Under the pieces are notes generated by a model. The model had not been told where the DNA came from. It saw nothing but the letters and a program-made list of their open reading frames with translations, and did no database searches. This document shows positions 52,072-61,783 of a stretch of 64,000 nucleotides of DNA, piece after piece (position 1 is the first letter of the stretch; each line of letters begins with the position of its first letter). The stretch covers positions 448,001 through 512,000 of the forward strand of contig CBDDCX010000006.1 of NCBI GenBank assembly GCA_965226375.1. The letters are read 5' to 3'. Source of the DNA: Longimicrobiales bacterium. Lineage in GTDB: Bacteria > Gemmatimonadota > Gemmatimonadetes > Longimicrobiales > Gaopeijiaceae. The position numbers and the translations under genes were made by a program.

Positions 52072-52090
52072 TATGAGAACGAGTCTCAAT
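52072..52090. promoter_or_regulatory. Fur-box-like palindrome
   Basis: TGAGAAC-G-AGTCTCA, 12/14 match to TGAGAAT-N-ATTCTCA, ~70 bp upstream of the receptor. Confidence 0.65.
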
Positions 52091-52245
52091 CACAACACGG
52101 AAGATATGTGCCGTCAACCCTGACGGCAACAACCACTTCAAGCTTGAGCCAGGGCTCGCCGGAGGGGGAAATTCGACTAGGTTACTGGTTCCTATTTTCG
52201 AGGTCGCCGAGGACCGATTACCGGTCCCGCCCGAAGCCGTGAGTG

Positions 52246-55074
52246 ATGGAAGAGAAGCCCTTCGACAGCCAGAACGCCGCGTACGCCCAGGCGCTCTATG
52301 AGGAGTTCGCCCGGAACCCCGAAGCGGTTCCGGAGGAGTGGCGGCACTTCTTTTCGTTGGGCCCAGCCGCTGCCCGTGAGGCGGGACTCATGGTGCCCGA
52401 AAGCCTGGCGGCGAACGGGGGCAGGTCGGTGGCGGACACGCCCGTCGGCGGAGCCGGACAGGTCCCGACCGAAACCCTCCACGCGGTGCAGGGTGAAGCC
52501 GACACCATGCGCCGTCTTCTGCCCGTGGTGGCACGAGCCACGTCGTTCGTGCAGGCCTACCGCGACCACGGGCATCACCTCTCGCAAATCGACCCACTGG
52601 GATCCGCACCTCCGGGGCATCCCCAGCTCGACCCGTCGTTCTTCGGAACAAGCATGGAAGAGCTCGAGGAGCTGCCCGCGTCGCTGGTCATGGAGAACGT
52701 TGGAGACGAGTCGCTCGCAAACGCCCTGCAGAGGCTCCGAAACGCCTACTGCGGAACCATAGGCTACGAGTTCGAGCACCTCGAAGACCCGTCGGTCGTC
52801 CGGTGGCTCTGGGAGCAGGTCGAGTCGGGCATACACGCGCAACCGATGGCGGCAGAAGACCAGGTTCGCCTCTCGCAACGACTGGCCGAGGTCGAGGGGC
52901 TGGAGCAGTTCATCCACAAAGCCTACCTGGGCCAGAAGCGCTTCTCCATCGAGGGAACGGACATGATGGTCCCTATGATGGACCTCTACCTCGAGGAGGC
53001 CGCCCGCGACGGGGCGGAGCGGGTCGTCCTGGGAATGGCCCATCGGGGCCGTCTCAATGTTCTCGCCCACTTTGTGGGTGTGGGATACGAGGAGATCATC
53101 CGTGAGTTCGAAGGCATCCAAGCCAAGGGTGCCTTCACCGTGGAGGGGACCGGTGACGTGAAGTACCACCACGGGGCCGAGGGTGAGCGCAGCCTGGCCG
53201 ACGGGTCGGTGATTCGAATCACCCTGGCGCCGAACCCGAGTCACCTCGAATTCGTGAACCCGGTGGTGCAGGGAATGGCCCGAGCCCTTCAGCATGGTAG
53301 CGACCGGCAGGACTCCGAGCGGAATACGGCTGCCGTGGTGCCGATCCTTATCCATGGTGATGCGGCGTTCGCGGGCGAGGGAGTGGTGGCCGAGACGCTC
53401 AACCTCGGAAGGCTCGAGGGCTACACCACGGGTGGGACCATCCACCTCATCGCCAACAACCAGATCGGCTTCACCACCCTGCCAATCGACGATCGCTCCA
53501 CGCGGTACGCCAGTGATCTCGCCAAGGGATTCAGCTTCCCGATCATCCACGTGAACGCCGACGACGCCGAGGCGTGTATGACGGCGGTCCGGCTCGCCAT
53601 GGCCTATCGGGCCGAGTATCACGATGACGTCGTCATCGACCTGGTGGGCTATCGTCGCTACGGGCACAACGAAGGCGACGAGGCGGGTTATACCCAACCT
53701 CTCGAGGCGAAGAGGATCAAGGAGCATCCGACGGCTCGGGCCGTCTACGCGGAGAAACTCATCAGCGAGGGAGTGCTGAGCAGCGACGACGTGGCGGCCA
53801 TCACGGCTCGGGTGTCGAGCCACCTGCGGGACGCCCAGGACCAGGTGCAGGCCGAGGAACACTCTACCTCGGACGTGTTCGAGGACTCGAACCTGGAGCC
53901 ACCACACGGATCCGTCGCGTCCGTTCCACTCGACGTGCTCGTGGAGGTCAACGCTGCCGCAGTGGCTACGCCTGAGGGGTTCACCGTCCACCCGAAACTC
54001 GAGCGGCAACTCGCGAGGCGCGACGACGGCTTTGGCCCGGACTTCTCGATGGACTGGGGTCACGCCGAGGCGCTCGCGTTGGGCTCGCTCCTCTGGGAGG
54101 GCATCCCGGTGCGGCTCACAGGTCAGGACTCCCAGCGCGGCACCTTCAGTCACCGCCATCTCGTGCTCCACGACTCCGAAACCGGCCGGCAACATACTCC
54201 GCTCGAGCAATACGGAGACGCGCGCTTTACGGTGATCAACTCCCCGCTCTCTGAGATGGCCGTGCTGGGCTTCGAATACGGATACAGCGTGGCTTCGGAG
54301 AAGGACCTGGTGCTCTGGGAGGCTCAGTTCGGCGACTTTGCCAATGCCGCTCAGGTCTCGATCGATCAGTTCGTGTCGTCGGGATGGGAGAAGTGGGGGC
54401 AGGTGGCCACCTTGGCCCTGCTACTTCCGCACGGATACGAGGGCCAAGGGCCGGAGCATTCGAGCGCGCGATTGGAGCGCTTCCTGCAACTGTGCGCGGA
54501 GGACAATATTCGGGTGGTGTCCCCCACCACACCCGCGCAGTACTACCACCTGCTTCGGAGACAGGCACACGTTCGGCCGGAGCGACCGCTGGTGGTCATG
54601 ACTCCGAAGAGCCTGCTGCGTCATCCCAAGGCCACATCCCCCGTCTCCGATCTGGTGGACGGGACCTTCCTGCCCGTTCTGGACGATCCGACGATCGCTG
54701 ATGCCGAGGCGATCACACGACTGCTGCTCTGCTCCGGAAAGCTCTACTACGACCTGGTGGACAGCGAGCTGCGCGGGGATCAGCCTGCGGTGGCGGTGGT
54801 GCGGGTGGAGGAGCTCTATCCGTTCCCTGGGTCCGAGATCGAGGCGCTCCTCACCCACTACCCATCCGTGCGCGAGGTGGTCTGGGTTCAGGAGGAGCCG
54901 AGAAACATGGGGGCCCTTTCTTACGTGGGCCCTCGCCTGAGGGCCGCCGTTCCCCGGGACCTGAAACTCAGCCATGTGGCCCGCCCGGAGCGGGCTAGTC
55001 CGGCCGAAGGAAAGCACATCGACCACGTGGTGGAGCAGGCCCGCGTCATCCGGGAGTCGCTCAAGACTGGGTAG
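52246..55074 (+). CDS. sucA: 2-oxoglutarate dehydrogenase E1
   Basis: GMAHRGRLN, GDVKYH, HGDAAFAGEG, LWEAQFGDF, GPEHSSAR, MTPKSLLR. Confidence 0.95.
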   Translation: MEEKPFDSQNAAYAQALYEEFARNPEAVPEEWRHFFSLGPAAAREAGLMVPESLAANGGRSVADTPVGGAGQVPTETLHAVQGEADTMRRLLPVVARATSFVQAYRDHGHHLSQIDPLGSAPPGHPQLDPSFFGTSMEELEELPASLVMENVGDESLANALQRLRNAYCGTIGYEFEHLEDPSVVRWLWEQVESGIHAQPMAAEDQVRLSQRLAEVEGLEQFIHKAYLGQKRFSIEGTDMMVPMMDLYLEEAARDGAERVVLGMAHRGRLNVLAHFVGVGYEEIIREFEGIQAKGAFTVEGTGDVKYHHGAEGERSLADGSVIRITLAPNPSHLEFVNPVVQGMARALQHGSDRQDSERNTAAVVPILIHGDAAFAGEGVVAETLNLGRLEGYTTGGTIHLIANNQIGFTTLPIDDRSTRYASDLAKGFSFPIIHVNADDAEACMTAVRLAMAYRAEYHDDVVIDLVGYRRYGHNEGDEAGYTQPLEAKRIKEHPTARAVYAEKLISEGVLSSDDVAAITARVSSHLRDAQDQVQAEEHSTSDVFEDSNLEPPHGSVASVPLDVLVEVNAAAVATPEGFTVHPKLERQLARRDDGFGPDFSMDWGHAEALALGSLLWEGIPVRLTGQDSQRGTFSHRHLVLHDSETGRQHTPLEQYGDARFTVINSPLSEMAVLGFEYGYSVASEKDLVLWEAQFGDFANAAQVSIDQFVSSGWEKWGQVATLALLLPHGYEGQGPEHSSARLERFLQLCAEDNIRVVSPTTPAQYYHLLRRQAHVRPERPLVVMTPKSLLRHPKATSPVSDLVDGTFLPVLDDPTIADAEAITRLLLCSGKLYYDLVDSELRGDQPAVAVVRVEELYPFPGSEIEALLTHYPSVREVVWVQEEPRNMGALSYVGPRLRAAVPRDLKLSHVARPERASPAEGKHIDHVVEQARVIRESLKTG

Positions 55075-55092
55075 CTTCGCACCCGGCTACCC
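55069..55092. terminator. Hairpin between convergent sucA and quinone oxidoreductase
   Basis: GGGTAGC-N10-GCTACCC. Confidence 0.4.
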
Positions 55093-55100
55093 ACCTCCGG

Positions 55101-56086
55101 TCACTCCCAGCGGATTAGGAGCTTCCCGAAGTTAGCGTTCGCCTCCATGACCCGATGGGCCTCGCCAGCCTCCTCTGGCGGGAACGTGCGATCGATGACC
55201 GGCCTCGCCTTCCCACTCGAGAAGAACGGCATGACATACTCGCTAACGCTGCCTTCTCCTCCACGGGTCGCGCTCGCAGGACGGTACCCTTGATTGTTGC
55301 CCGTCGGCCCATCATGGCTCTCAGGTCGATGGTGGAAACTGCCCCTCCGGGGACTCCCACCACGACGTGACGGCCGCAGACCGCCACGACCTTCTGATTC
55401 CCCTCCAGATAGGGTCCACCCACGAGATCAAGGATTACGTCCACACCCCTACCTTCAGTGAGGTCCAGCACACGTTCCGGCCATCGTTCGTCTCCCGGAA
55501 TGCCGTGGTCCAACCCGAGTGCCGCCGCCCGCTCGAGCTTGGCGGGCGTCCGGGAGGTGCCGAACGTGCGAGCTCCGAGGGCCTGCGCAATCTGTACCGC
55601 TGTCGTCCCCACTCCACTCCCCACCGCATGGATCAGGAGAGTCTCCCCGGACCGCAGTCCCATTTGCATCACCGCCGCATCGAATGCGGTCATGAACACC
55701 TCGGGAATCGCACCGGCGTCTGCGAGATCGATGGAGTCCGGGACCGGCACGACGCAGGTGCCATGGGTCTTCACGTATTGGGCATAACCACCGCCACCCA
55801 GGATACCCATCACCCGGTCCCCTATCCGCCAACGCTGCACGTCGGGACCCAGAGCGTCCACTACACCCGAGAACTCGAGGCCGGGAATGTCCTCCGGCCA
55901 CCCCTTGGGGACCGGGTAACGCCCCATCCTCTGCAGGAGATCGGCCCGATTGACACCCGACGTTGCGACCCGCACACGGATTTCCCCGGCTTCCGGAGTC
56001 GGCATCGCTGCGGATTGGACCGACAAGACCTCCGGCCCCCCCGATTCCTGCATTACGACCGCTTGCATGCTGCCTGTTTCTTCCAT
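55101..56086 (-). pseudogene. PIG3-type NAD(P)H:quinone oxidoreductase with C-terminal frameshift
   Basis: GVNRADLLQR, PGLEFSG, PEVFMTA, HAVGSGVG. The canonical tail RPVIDRTFP...[19 protein letters not shown] lies in another frame after ~55240. Confidence 0.8.
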
Positions 56087-56130
56087 GCCCGCTATCATAG
56101 GCTGATGCTGACACTTCGCCAGGCCGCCTG

Positions 56131-56913
56131 ATGCTCCTACCCGTCGAGCTCGACCGTCCCATCGTTTTCTTCGATCTCGAGACGACCGGGCTGAGCACCA
56201 CGGATGATCGCATCATCGAGATGGCCATCCTCCGTGTCTCGCCCCAAGGTGACGTGTTGGAGCGTGTTCGCCGCTTCAACCCGGGTTTGCCCATTCATCC
56301 CGAGGCCATCGCCGTGCATGGCATCACGAACGAGGACGTGGCCGGCGAGGCCCCGTTCACCGCGCGTGCAAAGGCCCTCTTCGATCTCCTCGACCCCTGT
56401 GACCTGGGCGGCTTCAACATCCGCCGCTTCGACCTCCCCATGCTACTGGCCGAGTTCAAGCGCGCCGATGTCGACTTCGACTACAAGACGCGCCGCATCA
56501 TCGACGTCCAGAACATCTTCCATCGCGAAGAGCCGCGAGATCTCTCGGCTGCAGCCCGGTTTTACTTGGGACGCGAGCATCAGGAGGCTCACAGCGCACT
56601 CGGTGACATCCGCACCACCGCAGCCGTTCTGGCGGCACAGATGGAGCGCTACCCCGAGTTGCCACGTGACATGGACGCGTTGCATCGGTACTGCGACGAG
56701 TTCATGCCCATCCGGACCGCGATCGATCAGTGGTTCAAGGACGGAGCCGAGGGGCGCGTCTTCCGCCGGGGAAAACACAAGGGCCGAGCCCTCGCTGAGG
56801 TCGCCCTCGCGGAGCCGGATTACCTGCACTGGATGCTCACCGCCGAAGACATGGACGGAGAGGTACTCGATGTCGTCCGTGAGGCCCTGGCGGGTGAGGT
56901 GCCACCCGCCTAA
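56131..56913 (+). CDS. DEDDh 3'-5' exonuclease (DnaQ-like)
   Basis: FFDLETTG, HGIT, GFNIRRFD, AHSALGD, and a C-terminal GKHKG domain. Confidence 0.9.
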   Translation: MLLPVELDRPIVFFDLETTGLSTTDDRIIEMAILRVSPQGDVLERVRRFNPGLPIHPEAIAVHGITNEDVAGEAPFTARAKALFDLLDPCDLGGFNIRRFDLPMLLAEFKRADVDFDYKTRRIIDVQNIFHREEPRDLSAAARFYLGREHQEAHSALGDIRTTAAVLAAQMERYPELPRDMDALHRYCDEFMPIRTAIDQWFKDGAEGRVFRRGKHKGRALAEVALAEPDYLHWMLTAEDMDGEVLDVVREALAGEVPPA

Positions 56914-56998
56914 TTCTACCCTCTCGTGGGTGGCTTATGGATCGGATCCTTCGACGAACCAAGCCGCCCGAGAGGCTTTCACCGGGTAGGAGTCCCTA

Positions 56999-59962
56999 AT
57001 GCTTCGCGTCAGCCACCTGAAGTCGCTCCCGACACTACGAGCGGCTGTCCTGATACTTCCGGTCCCAGGGGTCACTCAGACGGCCTCGATCTCCGAGGAC
57101 CAGCTTGCCACCTTCCGACCGCGGCTCATCGGGCCCGCCGTAACAGGTGGGCGGATTCACGACGTGGAGTCCCTCGCTGAGGATCCGTCGACCATCTTCC
57201 TCGCCTCTGCCTCGGGCCGCCTGTGGAAGACCAGCAATCGGGGCCACACCTGGCGAAACGTCTTTGCCGACCAGCCGGTCAGCACCTTCGGCGACGTGGC
57301 CATCGCCCCGTCGAATACCGACATCATGTATGCGGGCACGGGTGAGCAGAACAACCGTCAGAGTTCGTCCTGGGGAAACGGCGTTTACCGCTCTGACGAC
57401 GCCGGCGAGACCTGGCGCCATCTGGGTCTGGTCGAGACGCGGCACATCGGGAAGGTATTGGTTCATCCCACCGACCCCGACGTGGTCTACGTGGCGGCCC
57501 TCGGTAACCTGTGGCGGGGCAACGAAGAGCGGGGGGTGTACCGCTCTCGGGACGGCGGCACGAACTGGGAGCGGGTCTTGTTCGTGGACGAGCACACGGG
57601 CGCTGTGGACCTGGTCATGGACAGTAGAAATCCGGGGACTCTGTATGCCGCGACGTACCAGCGCCTGAGAAGGACCTGGGGATTCAACGGGGGCGGGCCC
57701 GGAAGCGGAATCCACCGGAGCACCGACGGCGGAGACAGCTGGACTGAACTCACGGGGGGCATCCCGGACGGAGACAAGGGCCGGATCGGCCTCGCCATCT
57801 CCGAGTCCAATCCGATGGTGCTGAACGCCCTCATCCAACATGCGGACGCCGACCAACAGGGCACGTACCGGAGCGAGGACGGTGGAGCGACCTGGCGTAG
57901 GGCCAGCTCCATGGACCCGAGGCCCATGTACTACTCGGAGATCTTCATCGATCCCTCCGACGAGGACCGTGTCTATGTGTTAGGCACCTCGACGTACAAG
58001 AGTGAGAATGGCGGAACGACCTGGACAGAGATCGCGGAGCGGCCCACCTACGATGTGGGGGTCCACGCCGACCAGCACGGCCTCTGGATCGACCCCAACG
58101 ACCCCAACCACCTCTACCTGGTCGGTGACGCAGGGTTGTGGGAGACGTACGACCAGGGGGTGAACTTCAGGAAGCTCAACAACTTCGCCATCGGGCAGTT
58201 CTACGCGATCGGCGTAGACAATCGTGATCCGTACTGGGTGTACGGCGGCATGCAGGACAACCACAGCTGGATGGGCCCCTCCGAGACCCGCCGGTGGATC
58301 GGCATCATCAACGATGACTGGATGCAGACCGGCTTCGGTGACGGCATGTACCAGCAGGTCGATCCGCCGAGTCATCGCTTCGTGTACGCGAACTCGAACG
58401 GCGGCAGCTACTACCGACTGGACGCCGAGACGGGCGACATGCTCGACATTCGCCCTCGAGCGCCCGAGGGCGAACCCGCGTACCGATGGGACTGGGCTGC
58501 GCCGAGCCTGGTCTCCAAGCATGACCCGTCGGTGGTTTACCTGGGCGGGAACCGTCTTTTCATCTCCCGCAACCGAGGCGACTCCTTCGCCCGCACAGAC
58601 GATCTGACGCGCAACATCGACCGGGGTGAGCTTCAGCTCATGGGTGTCTACGGGGCCGACATCGAGATCTCGCCGAACGACGGCACGTCGAACTTCAGCG
58701 AGATCAGCGTCATCGCCGAGTCGCCGCTGGACCCCCAGATCCTGTGGGTCGGCGTCGATGACGGCAACCTTCAGGTCTCTCGGGACGGCGGCCGAAGCTG
58801 GAGTGAGGTGAGCGGCAACGTTACGGAGCTTCCGGCGGGTACCTACGTGAGCCGGATCGTCGGCTCACAAAAGGGGGCCGGCGTCGCCTACGTGGCGTCC
58901 GACGCCCACCGCGATGGGGACTTCGACCCCTACCTCTTCCGCACCGAGGACTATGGGCAGACCTGGGAGGCCCTCGTCGATGGACTGCCATCGGGCTCCC
59001 TGAACTCCTTGGTCGAACATCCGGACAACTCGGACGTCCTTTTCGTAGGCTCCGAGCACTCGGTGTTCGTCAGCACGGATGCGGGCGCGAATTGGGCCAA
59101 AATGCCGAATCTGCCCACGACTCATGTCGATGACATGGTCATTCACCCGAGGGAGAAAGACCTCGTTCTCGGGACACACGGCCAGAGCGTGTGGATCCTC
59201 GACGATACCAGCCCATTGGCCGAGTGGACGACCGACGTTGCCTCTGCAGGCGCCCACGTATTCAGCATCCAACGCGCCACCATATTCCACTACCGTAAGG
59301 TCACCTCGTACCGCGGTCAGGCAGAGTTCGCGGGAGAGAATCCGGTATCCGGCGCCCTCATCACGTACAGCCTGGGTGACGGAAGTGGTGAAGCTCGGCT
59401 GCGGGTGACGGGTCCGTCCGGTCGCGTTGTGCGCGATTACCTGGTGCCTTCCGAGCCCGGCATCCATCGCCTGAATTGGGACCTGCGCAATGCCACCACG
59501 AGCGAGCAGGAGACGTGGCGTCGACACGACGATCCCCGCCTGGCACGACCGATCGACAATCTCGGACCCTGGGTATCGCCGGGTCGGTATACGGTAACGC
59601 TCCAGGCCCGAGGGGAGACCTCGAGCCAGACGGTCGAGGTGAGAGGCGATCCGCTGATGCCCGTGACACAGGCCATGTACGAGGAGCGTGAGACGTATCT
59701 CTTGGATCTCGTCGAGCTGGCTCGGAGCATTCGTGAGGTCCGGCCCGATCTCAGTTGCCCTGGATTCGGATTCGGCGGCGGCCAGAGGCCTGAAGGGACC
59801 GACGGGGAGTTGTGCGAGATCCAGCGTAGTGGGCGCTAACTCTCCGATGCACTGGACGGTGGTGCCGTGCAACCCGGATCCCTCTATCCCCCGACGGCTG
59901 AGCACCTGGGGCGAAAAGCCGCCCGCGAGGCCCGGCTGGCTAGGGTCCTGGAGTCCATGTAG
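56999..59962 (+). CDS. VPS10/BNR-repeat beta-propeller (glycosyl-hydrolase-like); premature TAA near the C-terminus
   Basis: IGPAVTGGRI, many S.DGG.W Asp-boxes and GGMQDN. TAA at 59837 is followed by 40 more in-frame codons (GGAVQPGSLYPPT). Confidence 0.8.
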
Positions 59963-60017
59963 CGCTCACCGATACCGATGCGGTGGGTAGAGAATCTCCC
60001 ATATAACCAAAGGCCAA

Positions 60018-60410
60018 ATGAGCACTTTCTTCTTGCAGTCCCACTCGGGATTTCGATACCTGGTTCTTCTGGCGGGCCTCCTGACCGTGCTGTATTCCAT
60101 CTATGGAGCGGTCACGAAACGTCCCTATGACGGCAGGATGCGCATTCTGGCGTCCAGCTTCGCCGGGCTCACACACCTTCAGATCCTACTGGGGATGGCG
60201 CTGATCTTTTCCGGACGCTTCCAGCCCGCCGTGGCGGGGCACATAGTCATGATGCTCTTTGCGGCGGCCGCGGGTCAGATTCCAGTCTCTGTCATGCGCC
60301 GCCGGCCGGACGAAGAGAAGACTTATCTTCCCCACGGTGTCTGGGCGCTGGTGTCCCTGGCTGCGATGGTGGCCGGTGTCATGGCAATCGGGCGACCGTT
60401 GGTGGGCTAG
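60018..60410 (+). CDS. Small 4-TM membrane protein with helix-embedded His residues
   Basis: HSGFRYLVL, THLQILLG, GHIVMM. Confidence 0.7.
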   Translation: MSTFFLQSHSGFRYLVLLAGLLTVLYSIYGAVTKRPYDGRMRILASSFAGLTHLQILLGMALIFSGRFQPAVAGHIVMMLFAAAAGQIPVSVMRRRPDEEKTYLPHGVWALVSLAAMVAGVMAIGRPLVG

Positions 60411-60451
60411 ACATTGGACTGTCCCGACACGAGGAGCGGGTCGCACAGCCA

Positions 60452-61651
60452 ATGACGTCAACCGCAGAGAATTCGCCCGACTCCCCGCTCTACTCCGCCC
60501 CCAAGGGCGGCCCCGACTTGGGTCTGGTCATGGGGGGCGGCGGGGCTCGAGCCGCCTACCAGGTGGGATTCCTCCGCCACCTGGCCGGGCGGTTCCCGGA
60601 CCTGGAAGTGCCCATCGTCACAGGCGTGTCCGCCGGGGCGATCAATGCCGCCCACCTCGCGTCACACCATGGCTCGTTCCGACAGTCCGTGGAGGAGCTG
60701 GTCTCACTCTGGGAGCGCCTCACGGTCGAAGACGTCTTTCGGGTCGACACACCCTCCCTCGGCTGGACCGGCGCTCGCTGGATATTTCAGTTGCTGTCCG
60801 GCGGCGTGGGTGGCGCGGTGCGGGTCAAGGGTCTGGTCGACACTTCACCTTTACGGACCTATCTGGCAGAGGTGATGCATGCGGTGGACGGCGAACTCAC
60901 GGGAATCCAGTACAACCTCGCGGTGGGCCGGCTCAAGGCCGTTGCGATCAGCACCTCGAGCTATACGACAGGCCAGTCCGTAACCTGGATCCAAGGGCGT
61001 GATCTAGAGGATTGGAGTCGACCCCAACGGCGCTCACGAAAGACGGTGCTCACGGTCGATCACGTCATGGCGTCGTCTGCCCTTCCGCTCTTCTTTCCGG
61101 CCATCCGTATCGGCAAGGAATTCTTCGGAGATGGAGGGGTACGCCTCGCAGCTCCGCTCTCTCCCGCACTGCATCTCGGAGCCCAGAAGATCCTTGCGAT
61201 CTCTACCCGATACGACCGCTCGGCGGCCGAGGCCCGGATACCCGAGGTCACCGGTTATCCGCCCCCGGCCCAGGTGCTCGGTGTACTGCTCAACTCGGTA
61301 TTCCTCGATCTCCTCGACCAGGACGCGCTTCGGCTGGAACGCCTGAACGCACTCATCGATCAAGTGCCCCGGAGCGGAAGGAACGGCCTTCGACCAGTGA
61401 GACTTCTGGTCTTGCGCCCATCCGTCGATCTGGGACGTCTCGCGAACGAGTTCGAGCCCGACTTGCCGAAGACGTTCCGCTTCCTGACCAGAGGGCTCGG
61501 CACACGGCAGACCACCAGTCCGGATCTCCTCAGCCTCGTACTCTTCCAACCGGACTACGTGCATCGCCTCATCGAGCTCGGTGAGACCGATGCTGAGGCC
61601 CGAACCGACGAGATCGAGGAGTTCATCCTGGCGGGGGCCTACGAAGACTGA
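60452..61651 (+). CDS. Patatin-like phospholipase
   Basis: GGGGARAAY, GVSAG, ASSALP, DGG. Confidence 0.9.
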   Translation: MTSTAENSPDSPLYSAPKGGPDLGLVMGGGGARAAYQVGFLRHLAGRFPDLEVPIVTGVSAGAINAAHLASHHGSFRQSVEELVSLWERLTVEDVFRVDTPSLGWTGARWIFQLLSGGVGGAVRVKGLVDTSPLRTYLAEVMHAVDGELTGIQYNLAVGRLKAVAISTSSYTTGQSVTWIQGRDLEDWSRPQRRSRKTVLTVDHVMASSALPLFFPAIRIGKEFFGDGGVRLAAPLSPALHLGAQKILAISTRYDRSAAEARIPEVTGYPPPAQVLGVLLNSVFLDLLDQDALRLERLNALIDQVPRSGRNGLRPVRLLVLRPSVDLGRLANEFEPDLPKTFRFLTRGLGTRQTTSPDLLSLVLFQPDYVHRLIELGETDAEARTDEIEEFILAGAYED

Positions 61652-61783
61652 TCGGGAGGGAGCTTCCGACCCGGTGGGAGCAACGCCGGGAGCACGCATC
61701 AGCGTGCCACGGGTTAGATTTATGGGGCGCATCGAACCGATCAGTTGAGTTCCCGCTCCAGCCCAAACCATTGGAGAACGGTC

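Noticed and set aside
52192..54210. 672-aa minus-strand ORF
   Set aside because: Antisense shadow of sucA.
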